Below, piece after piece: positions 8,976-18,195 of a DNA stretch of 64,000 nucleotides (the stretch's first letter is position 1; each line of letters begins with the position of its first letter). The stretch lies in NCBI GenBank assembly GCA_017559525.1, contig JAFYRI010000009.1, forward strand, positions 8,443 through 72,442, read 5' to 3'. Below the pieces are notes generated by a model. That model saw only the letters and a program-made list of their open reading frames with translations. It was not told where the DNA came from and did not search any database. A program made the position numbers and the translations under genes. The stretch comes from Alphaproteobacteria bacterium. Its GTDB lineage: Bacteria; Pseudomonadota; Alphaproteobacteria; CAAHEQ01; UBA3637.

Positions 8976-10736
8976 ATGGTAAAAAATGAAACTGCAATGC
9001 CATCTATGGAAGATTTTGGTGCATTGCTTGAAGAATATATGGGCAAAGGCTCATTCCAAGGTAAAGTTGTTTCCGGTAAAGTAGTCGGTTTTGATGATGA
9101 CATCGTAATCGTTGATGTCGGTTTGAAATCCGAAGGTCGTATTCCACTTCGTGAATGCGGTATGGGCGTAGAATTGTCCATCGGTGACAACATTGACGTG
9201 TATATTGATCGTTATGAAGACAAAGACGGTAACGTTGTATTGTCTCGTGAAAAAGCTCGTCGTGAAGAAGCTTGGGGTGATTTGGAAAAAGCTATGGAAA
9301 AAGGTGAACACGTTATCGGTACAATCTTCGGTCGTGTTAAAGGTGGTTTCACTGTTGATTTGAACGGTGCTACAGCTTTCTTACCTGGTAGCCAAATTGA
9401 TGTTCGTCCAATTCGTGATGTAACTCCATTGATGGGCGTAGCTCAACCATTTGCTTTGTTGAAAATGGACAAATTGCGTGGTAATATTGTTGTATCTCGT
9501 CGTGCTGTGTTAGAAGAAACACGCGCTGAACAACGTACAGAAATGATTAAAAACCTCAAAGAAGGTGAAATCGTTGATGGTACCGTTAAAAACATCACAG
9601 ATTACGGTGCATTCATTGATTTGGGGGGGGTTGATGGTTTATTACACGTTACAGATATTTCTTGGAAACGCATTACAAATCCGGCAGAAATTTTGTCTGT
9701 TGGTCAAACTGTTAAAGTTCAAGTTATCAAATTTAACACAGACACAGGTCGCGTTTCTTTGGGTATGAAACAATTAGAATCTGATCCTTGGGTTGGTGTG
9801 AATGAAAAATTTGCTGTTGGTACACGTTTCAGCGGTAAAATCAGCAATATCGCCGATTACGGTGCATTCATTGAATTAGCTCCGGGTGTTGAAGGTTTAG
9901 TTCACGTTTCAGAAATGAGCTGGACAAAGAAAAACGTTCACCCAAGCAAAATCGTTTCTTTAAGCCAAGAAGTAGAAGTTATCGTATTGGATGTTGATGA
10001 ATCCAAACGCCGTATTTCTTTGGGGATGAAACAAATTCAAGAAAACCCATGGAAAGCTTTTGCTGATTCCCACAATGTTGGTGATGAAATTGAAGGTGAA
10101 GTGAAAAATATGATCGAATTCGGTATCTTCATTGCTTTAAATGATGATATTGACGGTATGATTCACACATCTGATTTATCTTGGGATGTTGCTGGTGAAG
10201 AAGCTATCAAAGAATACAAAAAAGGTCAAATGGTCAAAGCTAAAATTTTGGACATTGATGTTGAAAAAGAACGTATTTCTTTGGGCGTAAAACAATTAAC
10301 AGAAGATCCAGCCGCTGGTGCAATGGAAACTGTGAAAAAAGGTGAAGTTGTAACAGGTATCGTTTCCGCTATTGAAGAAAACGGTATTGAAGTTGATGTA
10401 AACGGTTTGAAAGGTTACATCAAACGTGCTGATTTGGCAAAAGACAAAGCTGAACAAAAACCAGAACGTTTTGCAGTTGGTGAAAAAGTTGATGCTAAAG
10501 TAACAGCTTTTGACGCTAAAACTCGCAAATTGACTTTGTCTATCAAAGCTAAAGAAGTTGACGAAGATAAAAAAGCTATGGAAGAATTTGGTTCCACAAA
10601 TGCCGGTGCTTCTTTGGGTGATATCTTAGGCGCTGCTTTAGTTAAAAAAGCTAAAAAGACAAAAGAAGAAACAGCTGAAGAAAAACCAGCTAAAGCCAAA
10701 AAAACAAAAAAAACTGAAGCTGCTGACGCAGAATAA
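8976..10736 (+). CDS. rpsA: 30S ribosomal protein S1
   Basis: 586 aa. Repeated S1 domains with the DYGAFIDLGG / DYGAFIEL motifs, plus a Lys-rich C-terminal tail. Confidence 0.95.
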   Translation: MVKNETAMPSMEDFGALLEEYMGKGSFQGKVVSGKVVGFDDDIVIVDVGLKSEGRIPLRECGMGVELSIGDNIDVYIDRYEDKDGNVVLSREKARREEAWGDLEKAMEKGEHVIGTIFGRVKGGFTVDLNGATAFLPGSQIDVRPIRDVTPLMGVAQPFALLKMDKLRGNIVVSRRAVLEETRAEQRTEMIKNLKEGEIVDGTVKNITDYGAFIDLGGVDGLLHVTDISWKRITNPAEILSVGQTVKVQVIKFNTDTGRVSLGMKQLESDPWVGVNEKFAVGTRFSGKISNIADYGAFIELAPGVEGLVHVSEMSWTKKNVHPSKIVSLSQEVEVIVLDVDESKRRISLGMKQIQENPWKAFADSHNVGDEIEGEVKNMIEFGIFIALNDDIDGMIHTSDLSWDVAGEEAIKEYKKGQMVKAKILDIDVEKERISLGVKQLTEDPAAGAMETVKKGEVVTGIVSAIEENGIEVDVNGLKGYIKRADLAKDKAEQKPERFAVGEKVDAKVTAFDAKTRKLTLSIKAKEVDEDKKAMEEFGSTNAGASLGDILGAALVKKAKKTKEETAEEKPAKAKKTKKTEAADAE

Positions 10737-10756
10737 GTTTTAACTGTTTAATTGGG

Positions 10757-10787
10757 CGCCCTATCCAATTGGATGGGGCGTTTTTTT
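10757..10787 (+). terminator. Intrinsic terminator of rpsA
   Basis: GC-rich hairpin CGCCCTATCCAATTGGATGGGGCG followed by T7. Confidence 0.65.
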
Positions 10788-10900
10788 ATGATATTGTATA
10801 TGTGATTTAAAATATTTTTTCATATATGTGTGTTTTTTATTCCAAAGTTCTCTCTTGTTTTTTTGATTGTTGTGTGTTATGTTTTAGTTAAGGAGAAAAT

Positions 10901-11026
10901 ATGAAGACATTTATTTTAATTTGTATGATCTGTATGGTAATGTTTTTATCGGCTTGTGGTCGTATGTCGGCCCCTCAAAAACCGTCTGATGCAGTTTATC
11001 CGGATACGTATACGGTTAAGCTTTAA
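10901..11026 (+). CDS. Unannotated small lipoprotein (41 aa), below the ORF-track length cutoff
   Basis: AAGGAGA lies 5 nt upstream of the ATG. The product is MKTFILICMICMVMFLSACGRMSAPQKPSDAVYPDTYTVKL with lipobox LSAC. Confidence 0.45.
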   Translation: MKTFILICMICMVMFLSACGRMSAPQKPSDAVYPDTYTVKL

Positions 11027-11072
11027 TGTTGTTTGATACACGTAATACAGATTTATTTTTTTTAAGGATGAT

Positions 11073-11723
11073 ATGATGACACAAAAATTCAAATCGATTA
11101 CTATTTTTTGCAGTGCTTCTGGTTCAACGGCTTCCATTTATTGTGAATATATGCGTAAGGTTGGTGAAATGTTGGCCGAACGAGGTATTACCGTTGTCTT
11201 TGGCGGTGGTGACGAAGGTATGATGGGTAAAGTATTGCAAGGTGTTTTGAATAAAAATGGTAAAAAATATGCCGTTATTACAGAACAATTATTTCCATTA
11301 GAATGTCATAACCCAAGTGTTTATACAAAGGGCGAACTTATTACCGTTGATACAATGGCAGAACGTAAGGCTAAATTAATCGAATTAGGTGATGCGATTT
11401 TGGTTGGTCCTGGTGGTTGGGGAACGGTCGATGAGGTGTCAGAATATGCTGTAGCTGTTCAAATTGGTAATGCAGCTCGTAAGCCAATGTTATTTTTAAA
11501 CTTTAATAATTTTTGGAAACCAATGATGCATATGATGTTAAATATGTTACAAGAAGGTACACTCAATAATAGCAAAGTCGATTTTATCGATTTTGTAAAC
11601 GATATTGATGGTATTTTTCCAGCTTTGGATAAAATCCAAGAACGTATTGAAGCGCGTGAAAATGGAACGCCGGTTATTGCACCGTTTTGTGCATGCGTAG
11701 AAGCTCCTAGACAAAATGACTAA
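11073..11723 (+). CDS. LOG family protein (TIGR00730; cytokinin riboside 5'-monophosphate phosphoribohydrolase-like)
   Basis: ITIFCSASGS...VVFGGG...PGGWGTVDE motifs. Confidence 0.75.
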   Translation: MMTQKFKSITIFCSASGSTASIYCEYMRKVGEMLAERGITVVFGGGDEGMMGKVLQGVLNKNGKKYAVITEQLFPLECHNPSVYTKGELITVDTMAERKAKLIELGDAILVGPGGWGTVDEVSEYAVAVQIGNAARKPMLFLNFNNFWKPMMHMMLNMLQEGTLNNSKVDFIDFVNDIDGIFPALDKIQERIEARENGTPVIAPFCACVEAPRQND

Positions 11724-11729
11724 ATCAAA

Positions 11730-13028
11730 ATGACTAAATCAAATATTTTTGCAGATCATTATAGACCTTTAAATCCCGAGGATATTGCAGCCTCTGAAAC
11801 AAATTTTAAAATTAATTTTGTTGGTTTGATTTTGGGATTATTCTTCTTGTTAATCTTCAGAAGTTTCGAAATTTCTGTTGCTTGGAAGTTTACTGGCTTA
11901 ACAGTCCTTGTTGCTGTTTCAGTTACTTTAATGGAATATTTGTGTTACGGAAAAAATAGTCCATTGGGCTTGTTGAAAGTTTATAGAAAAATTAATTTTA
12001 AACGATGCTGTTATAAAATATTAGGGTTGTTTTTTGTTTTTGGTTGCATTGCTTGTATTTATTGGTTATTTCCTCTTTTTCATGAAGGTACTTTTAAAAA
12101 GTGGATAGAATATTTAAAAATGATGTGTCCTTATTTAGGGGGTATATCTATCTGTTATATTTTTCTAATGGATATTATTTTAAAACAAGAAAAAGATGAA
12201 TATTGGCATATAGGTTATTATTTAATACATCGAAAAAATGGTCTTAGTTATGCACAATTAGCGAATTTAGCACGCAGTTGGCTTGTTAAGTTGTTTTTTT
12301 TAGGGTTAATGGTTCCATGGTCATTTGGGCATTTATCAAATATAGAAAAAGAAGATTTTTTTAGTTTTTCTTTAAGTAATCCTGTGGCGTTGTTTTTTGC
12401 CTTAGAAACAATTTGTTATGGGATTGATGTGATATATGGAGCTATTGGTTATATTGGTGGGTTGAAGGTGAATAATACTCATATTCGGAGCGCTGAGCCA
12501 ACGCTGTTTGGATGGATCGTTGCAATTATGTGTTATTGGCCATTTTGGGGGGTATTATTTTATCCACACTTTTTAGATTATCATCATACTAATAGATGGA
12601 TGGATATTTTTGATACTGGAGGTGTTGTTTGGTATGCTTGGGCCGCAATGATTGTTGTTTGTGAACTTATTTATGCAATGTCAACTGTTGCTGCAGGAAC
12701 GCGTTTTTCTAATTTAACGTATCGCGGTTTATGGCATACAGGCCCATATAGATGGACGAAACATCCTGCATATATTGCTAAGAATATATCATGGTGGTTA
12801 ATTACAATGCCTTTTATGCTTGAAACAATAGATTTAGCAATAAAATGTAGTTTATTGTTGTTTTGTGTTAATATTATTTATTATTTGCGGGCTAAAACAG
12901 AAGAACGGCACCTTTCTCACTATTCGGAATATCGTGAGTATGCATTGTTGATGAATGATAAAAGTATTTTCCGTTTTATAACACGCTTTTTCCCATTTTT
13001 AGAATATCGTATTCCAATGGATAAATAA
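11730..13028 (+). CDS. Polytopic membrane protein with a C-terminal isoprenylcysteine carboxyl methyltransferase-like (ICMT / phospholipid methyltransferase) domain
   Basis: C-terminal motif GLWHTGPYRWTKHPAYIAKNISWWL...RAKTEERHLSHYSEYREYA. Many TM helices lie upstream. Confidence 0.55.
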   Translation: MTKSNIFADHYRPLNPEDIAASETNFKINFVGLILGLFFLLIFRSFEISVAWKFTGLTVLVAVSVTLMEYLCYGKNSPLGLLKVYRKINFKRCCYKILGLFFVFGCIACIYWLFPLFHEGTFKKWIEYLKMMCPYLGGISICYIFLMDIILKQEKDEYWHIGYYLIHRKNGLSYAQLANLARSWLVKLFFLGLMVPWSFGHLSNIEKEDFFSFSLSNPVALFFALETICYGIDVIYGAIGYIGGLKVNNTHIRSAEPTLFGWIVAIMCYWPFWGVLFYPHFLDYHHTNRWMDIFDTGGVVWYAWAAMIVVCELIYAMSTVAAGTRFSNLTYRGLWHTGPYRWTKHPAYIAKNISWWLITMPFMLETIDLAIKCSLLLFCVNIIYYLRAKTEERHLSHYSEYREYALLMNDKSIFRFITRFFPFLEYRIPMDK

Positions 13029-13131
13029 TAATTTATTTTGAAGCATTGGATATCTTGTTCATTTGTGGTATTGTTGTCTGTGTTATAATTGAGAATTGTT
13101 ATAAAGTAAATGAAGAATTAATACAGACATG

Positions 13132-13161
13132 AAAAAACCACCATTCATGGTGGTTTTTTTT
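13132..13161. terminator. Bidirectional intrinsic terminator that also follows the 3' end of tRNA-Leu
   Basis: A6-ACCACCA-TTCA-TGGTGGT-T8. Confidence 0.7.
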
Positions 13162-13245
13162 GGTGCGATTAAGAAGACTCGAACTTCCACGGATCTCTCC
13201 ACAGCGACCTCAACGCTGCGCGTCTACCAATTCCGCCATAATCGC
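13161..13245 (-). tRNA. tRNA-Leu (anticodon GAG), type II with long variable arm and encoded CCA
   Basis: The reverse complement gives GCGATTA-TG-GCGGAATTGGTAGACGC-G-CAGCG-TTGAGGT-CGCTG-variable arm-GGAAGTTCGAGTCTTCT-TAATCGC-ACCA. The anticodon loop is UUGAGGU with G at position 37. Confidence 0.8.
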
Positions 13246-13259
13246 AAAAATCACTTTTT

Positions 13260-13288
13260 ATTGTAACAAAATAAAGTTCTCTTGTCAA
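13260..13288 (-). promoter_or_regulatory. Sigma70-type promoter for tRNA-Leu (TTGACA-17-TACAAT on the minus strand)
   Basis: Minus strand reads TTGACAAGAGAACTTTATTTTGTTACAAT about 15 nt upstream of the tRNA 5' end. Confidence 0.6.
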
Positions 13289-13370
13289 GAAAATTAAACT
13301 GGAAATTTAACAAAAAAATACTATCTTATCAGGGGAAAATATGGTACATTTATAAAAAAGGAGAGATACA

Positions 13371-13973
13371 ATGATATTGCAAATGAAACCACTTTCTTTT
13401 GATATGAAGGCGTTGGAACCTTATATCAGTAAAAAAACATTTGAATTTCATTATGGTAAACATTACGCAACATATGTGCAAAATACAAACGATTTAATTG
13501 CTGATACACCAATGCAAGATATGGATTTAATGTCCATTATTCATCATTGTGCCGGTAAGCCAGAATACCAATCTTTGTTTAATAATGCTGCTCAAGTATT
13601 TAATCATGAATTTTTTTGGAACAGCTTAACGGATGATGCTGAAAAACGTCAAATTGCACCAGTATTGGCGGATAAAATTGTACGTGATTTTAAATCATAT
13701 GATGATTTTGCTAATGTATTATTACAAACAGCTGTTAAACAATTCGGTTCCGGTTGGGCGTGGTTGATTTCTGATAATGGCGTGTTAAAGGTTGTATCAA
13801 CAGCTAATGCTATGTTACCGATGGGGAAAGGTATTAAGCCTTTATTGTGTATTGATGTGTGGGAGCATGCTTATTATTTAGATTATCAAAATCGGCGTGC
13901 AGATTTTATCAAGATTGTTATCGGATTGTTAAATTGGCAATTTGCGTGGGAAAATTATAATAAAGGAGTGTAA
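13371..13973 (+). CDS. sodB: Fe/Mn superoxide dismutase
   Basis: FEFHYGKHYATYV, FNNAAQVFNHEFFW, GSGWAWL and DVWEHAYYLDYQNRR motifs. Confidence 0.9.
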   Translation: MILQMKPLSFDMKALEPYISKKTFEFHYGKHYATYVQNTNDLIADTPMQDMDLMSIIHHCAGKPEYQSLFNNAAQVFNHEFFWNSLTDDAEKRQIAPVLADKIVRDFKSYDDFANVLLQTAVKQFGSGWAWLISDNGVLKVVSTANAMLPMGKGIKPLLCIDVWEHAYYLDYQNRRADFIKIVIGLLNWQFAWENYNKGV

Positions 13974-14936
13974 ATGCATATTTTAGTCATTGGTGGTGCT
14001 GGATATATTGGGTCTCATGTTGTTAAAGAATTATTGCAACATGGTGTACAGGTGACAGTATTTGATGATATGTCAACGGGACAAAATGAAAATTTATTCC
14101 CTCAGGCCGCCTTTATTAAGGGGGATATTTTAGATGTATCGGCCTTGGAAGCTGTGATGAACGGTGTAGATGGAGTTGTGCATTTGGCAGCTAAAAAAGC
14201 GGTTGGTGAATCTATGGAACATCCCGAAAAATATGCTGTTAATAATATTACTGGAACATTGAATATTTTAAATGTTATGGCTAAATGTGGTGTTAAAAAT
14301 TTTGTGTTTTCATCTTCTGCCGCCGTTTACGGTATGCCACAATATGTGCCGGTTGATGAAAAACACCCGACTGAACCGATTAATTTTTATGGGTTTACCA
14401 AGCTTGAAATTGAACGCTTTTTACCATGGTATGGTAATTTAAAAGGGATCAATTGGATTGCGCTTAGATATTTTAATGCTGTTGGGTATGATGCAGATGG
14501 TGATGTTAAAGGATTGGAGAAAAATCCGCAAAACCTTTTGCCTATTGTAATGGAAACGGCGGTTGGTATTCGACAAGGTATGAAAATTTTTGGTAACGAT
14601 TACGATACAGAAGATGGTACATGTGTTCGTGATTATATTCATGTGTCCGATTTGGCAAGTGCTCATTGGTTGGCATTGGATTATTTAAGTAAAGGTGGTT
14701 CCAGTCAAAGTTTGAATTTAGGAACGGGTAAGGGTATTTCTGTTTGGGAAATGGTTAAGGCAACAGAACGTTTGAGTGGTCAAAAGGTTAATTATGACTT
14801 TTCCGAACGTCGAGCCGGTGACCCGTCTTTATTAGTAGCTGCTTCTGATACAGCAAACGCTGTGTTGGGATGGAAACCCGTACACAGCGATTTGGACAAT
14901 ATTATTCGCACGACTTGGGCGATGTATCAAAAATAA
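13974..14936 (+). CDS. galE: UDP-glucose 4-epimerase
   Basis: MHILVIGGAGYIGSHVV Rossmann start. SDR catalytic YxxxK is present. Length is 320 aa. Confidence 0.85.
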   Translation: MHILVIGGAGYIGSHVVKELLQHGVQVTVFDDMSTGQNENLFPQAAFIKGDILDVSALEAVMNGVDGVVHLAAKKAVGESMEHPEKYAVNNITGTLNILNVMAKCGVKNFVFSSSAAVYGMPQYVPVDEKHPTEPINFYGFTKLEIERFLPWYGNLKGINWIALRYFNAVGYDADGDVKGLEKNPQNLLPIVMETAVGIRQGMKIFGNDYDTEDGTCVRDYIHVSDLASAHWLALDYLSKGGSSQSLNLGTGKGISVWEMVKATERLSGQKVNYDFSERRAGDPSLLVAASDTANAVLGWKPVHSDLDNIIRTTWAMYQK

Positions 14937-14938
14937 AA

Positions 14939-15259
14939 CTATCGTTGCATTGACACAAAATTGATATTATGGGCCTTAGATAAAGGTCCATAATATTTAT
15001 GTGAGGCTACTTTTTCAGCCCATTTATGTTGTGCATCATAAAAATAAAAGCCTTCATCCAATTTTTCCAAACATTTTGCAGGTGTTGGTTGTGTTAAGCA
15101 TTCATATATAAAACAGCTTTTTGTGAAAAATGTATCAGAATTTTCTTTAAAGATATGTTTTTTTATTTGTCCATTATCACAGAACAAAAAAGCGGTTGCC
15201 TTTTTATCATTGTGCACTAAATGGATTCTGATAAGTGATGTACAATTTATATTATTCAT
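14939..15259 (-). CDS. Hypothetical protein
   Basis: A 106-aa ORF between convergent galE and secA with no recognisable motif. Confidence 0.3.
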   Translation of the reverse strand: MNNINCTSLIRIHLVHNDKKATAFLFCDNGQIKKHIFKENSDTFFTKSCFIYECLTQPTPAKCLEKLDEGFYFYDAQHKWAEKVASHKYYGPLSKAHNINFVSMQR

Positions 15260-15285
15260 AATTTTTTCCTTTTGTTAGTATATTA

Positions 15286-15315
15286 AAAATGAAAACCGCC
15301 CCCAAGTGGGAGCGG
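15286..15315 (-). terminator. Intrinsic terminator of secA
   Basis: Minus strand reads CCGCTCCCA-CTT-GGGGGCGG followed by TTTTCATTTTT. Confidence 0.55.
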
Positions 15316-15334
15316 TATATCCCGTTGTTAAATA

Positions 15335-17971
15335 TTAAATTTTACCGCAACAATGTTTGAACTTTTTACCGGAACCACATGGGCATGGTGCATTACGTGG
15401 TGTTTTATCCGATACCATTGATTGATTTTGTTGTGTTTCGGTATCGTTTTCGGTTGGTTCCAATGTGGATTGATGTTCTTCCATTGTTGGAGCGGGTTGT
15501 GGTTTTTGCAATTGGAATTGAGCATGACTAAGTAATGTTGTAACTCGTTCACGGACACGACCCAACATATTTTCAAACATAAAGAATGCCTCACGTTTGT
15601 ATTCATTCAGTGGATTTTTTTGTCCATATGCTCTCAGACCAATGGATGTACGCATAAAGTCAAGACCTTGTAAATGTTCTTTCCAATTTTGGTCAATAGA
15701 TTGAATAAGTATGCTTTTCTCAATATCATTACGCAATTCAATTGGAATGATTTTCATTTTTTCTTCCATTGCTTCTGCGGATTTTTTATTTAATCGTTCA
15801 ATGATATCTTCTGGAGTTATGCCTGGTTCAGCAGCCCAAGAGCTGAAAGGAACATCTATTGCTAATAATTTACCTGTTTCTGTGGATAATGTATTGATAT
15901 CCCAATCTTCAGCAACTGTTTTAGATGGTGCAGCAGAATAAACCAAATTCATGATGCAATCTTCACGCATATCCTTGATAACGGTTGAAACATTTTCAGA
16001 TTCCATTAATTCTTTGCGTTGTTCATAAATGACTTTACGTTGATCATTCATAACATCATCATATTTCAATAAGTTTTTACGAACGTCAAAATGATACGCT
16101 TCAACTTTTTGTTGAGCCTTAGCAATAGCACTGCTAATCCATGGATGGACAATAGCTTGACCTTGTGGCATACCCATGCTTTTTAAGATGTTGCCAATAC
16201 GTTCTGAACCAAAAATACGCATTAAGTCATCTTCCATAGACACATAGAATTTACTTAATCCGGGGTCACCTTGACGGCCGCTACGACCACGTAATTGGTT
16301 ATCAATACGACGGCTTTCATGGCGTTCACAACCTAGTACAAACAAACCACCGGCAGATAAAGCAATTTCTTTATCTTGTGCAATTTCTTTTCGAATTTGA
16401 TCGACTAAAATGGCTTCATCCATATCTGGATTTTTTTCTTTTTCTTCAGCCAGGCGCATTTCAAAGTTACCGCCAAGTTGAATATCTGTTCCACGACCAG
16501 CCATATTTGTAGCAATTGTCACAGCACCTGGACGACCAGCTTGTGCAACAATGTAGGCTTCTTTTTCATGGTGACGTGCGTTTAATACATTAAACGGAAT
16601 GTTTGTTTTGGCCTTTAATAAATTAGCCAATAATTCTGATTTTTCAATAGATGTTGTGCCAACTAAAATCGGTTGTTTACGGTTGTAGGCTGCTTGAATG
16701 TCGGCGATGATAGCTTCATATTTTTCAGCAGCTGTACGATAAATAATGTCTTGTTCATCTTTGCGGCCGATTGCTTTATTTGTTGGAATTTCGACAACTT
16801 CTAATTTGTAAATATCATCAAACTCACCTGCTTCTGTCATAGCTGTACCTGTCATACCAGCTAATTTTGGATACATACGAAAATAATTTTGGAATGTAAT
16901 AGAAGCTAAAGTTTGGTTTTCGGCTTGGATAGAAACATGTTCTTTTGCTTCAATGGCTTGATGTAAGCCATCTGAGTAGCGGCGACCTTCCATTTGACGA
17001 CCCGTGAATTCATCAATAATAACAATTTTGTCATTTTTTACAATATAATCTACATCCCGAGTGAAAACAGTATGTGCGCGTAATGCTTGGTCTACGTGAT
17101 GAACATAGGCAATATTTTCTACATCATATAAAGTTGTTTGAATTAATCCTGCGCTTTTTAATTCATTTTCAACCCATTCTATACCAGCTTCTGTTAAAAT
17201 AACATTACGATGTTTTTCATCTTTGTCATAATGTTCTGGTTTAATATTTGTCATAATTTTATCAATGGACATGTATTTTTCGGAAGAATCTTCAGCTTGT
17301 CCGGAAATGATAAGAGGCGTTCTAGCTTCGTCAATTAAAATGGAGTCTACTTCATCTACGATAGCATAATTGAATGGACGTTGCACCATTTCTTTGAGTG
17401 AAAAACGCATGTTGTCACGTAAATAATCAAAACCAAATTCATTATTGGTACCGTATGTAATATCGCTGTTATAAGCAGTACGACGTTCTTCAGCACTTAA
17501 TCCATGTACAATACATCCAACAGATAAACCTAACCAACGATAGAGTTTGCCCATCCAATCACTATCACGTTTAGCCAAATAATCATTAACAGTTACAACA
17601 TGAACGCCTTTTCCTGTTAAAGCGTTTAAATATACAGGTAAAGTGGCAACCAGTGTTTTTCCTTCACCAGTTTTCATTTCAGAGATTTGACCGTTATTTA
17701 AAACCATGCCTCCAATTAATTGAACATCAAATGGACGCAATCCTAAAACACGTTTGGATGCTTCACGAACCGTTGCAAATGCCTCTATCAATAAATTATC
17801 AAGAGTTTCTCCTTCTGCTAAACGGGCTTTGAACTCAGTTGTTTTAGCTTGTAATTGTTCGTCAGATAATTTTTCAAAATCTGGCTCTAATGCATTGATT
17901 TTGGAAACAATTTTTCTTAATTTTTTTATGTAGCGGTCATTTGAAGACCCAAAAAGAGATTTTAAGTTCAT
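15335..17971 (-). CDS. secA: Preprotein translocase ATPase SecA
   Basis: 878 aa. DEAD-like motor motifs. The C-terminus ends in a zinc-binding tail [14 protein letters not shown]. Confidence 0.95.
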   Translation of the reverse strand: MNLKSLFGSSNDRYIKKLRKIVSKINALEPDFEKLSDEQLQAKTTEFKARLAEGETLDNLLIEAFATVREASKRVLGLRPFDVQLIGGMVLNNGQISEMKTGEGKTLVATLPVYLNALTGKGVHVVTVNDYLAKRDSDWMGKLYRWLGLSVGCIVHGLSAEERRTAYNSDITYGTNNEFGFDYLRDNMRFSLKEMVQRPFNYAIVDEVDSILIDEARTPLIISGQAEDSSEKYMSIDKIMTNIKPEHYDKDEKHRNVILTEAGIEWVENELKSAGLIQTTLYDVENIAYVHHVDQALRAHTVFTRDVDYIVKNDKIVIIDEFTGRQMEGRRYSDGLHQAIEAKEHVSIQAENQTLASITFQNYFRMYPKLAGMTGTAMTEAGEFDDIYKLEVVEIPTNKAIGRKDEQDIIYRTAAEKYEAIIADIQAAYNRKQPILVGTTSIEKSELLANLLKAKTNIPFNVLNARHHEKEAYIVAQAGRPGAVTIATNMAGRGTDIQLGGNFEMRLAEEKEKNPDMDEAILVDQIRKEIAQDKEIALSAGGLFVLGCERHESRRIDNQLRGRSGRQGDPGLSKFYVSMEDDLMRIFGSERIGNILKSMGMPQGQAIVHPWISSAIAKAQQKVEAYHFDVRKNLLKYDDVMNDQRKVIYEQRKELMESENVSTVIKDMREDCIMNLVYSAAPSKTVAEDWDINTLSTETGKLLAIDVPFSSWAAEPGITPEDIIERLNKKSAEAMEEKMKIIPIELRNDIEKSILIQSIDQNWKEHLQGLDFMRTSIGLRAYGQKNPLNEYKREAFFMFENMLGRVRERVTTLLSHAQFQLQKPQPAPTMEEHQSTLEPTENDTETQQNQSMVSDKTPRNAPCPCGSGKKFKHCCGKI

Positions 17972-18147
17972 TTGATATCCTTATGTATTAAAAATTCATT
18001 CATTTACACATAGCCTTATTTGACCAAAAAGTCAAGTTAAAAGTGGGATTTTTTGGAAGTGAATTTTTAGGATTTTTATACGCAAACTATATCTGTTATA
18101 AATTATAATTTTCTTCATATTTTGATAGTGAAGTTAATTGTACATAA

Positions 18148-18176
18148 TACAAAACACCCACCGGTGAGGGTGGGTG
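18148..18176 (-). terminator. Intrinsic terminator of the giant pilin gene
   Basis: Minus strand reads CACCCACC-CTCACC-GGTGGGTG followed by TTTTGTATT. Confidence 0.6.
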
Positions 18177-18195
18177 TGATGCCTGAGATCCTATC

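Noticed and set aside
10946-11137. Minus-strand 63-aa ORF from the ORF track
   Set aside because: The plus strand at 10901-11026 has a far better gene model (SD plus lipobox). The minus ORF also overlaps the start of the LOG gene.
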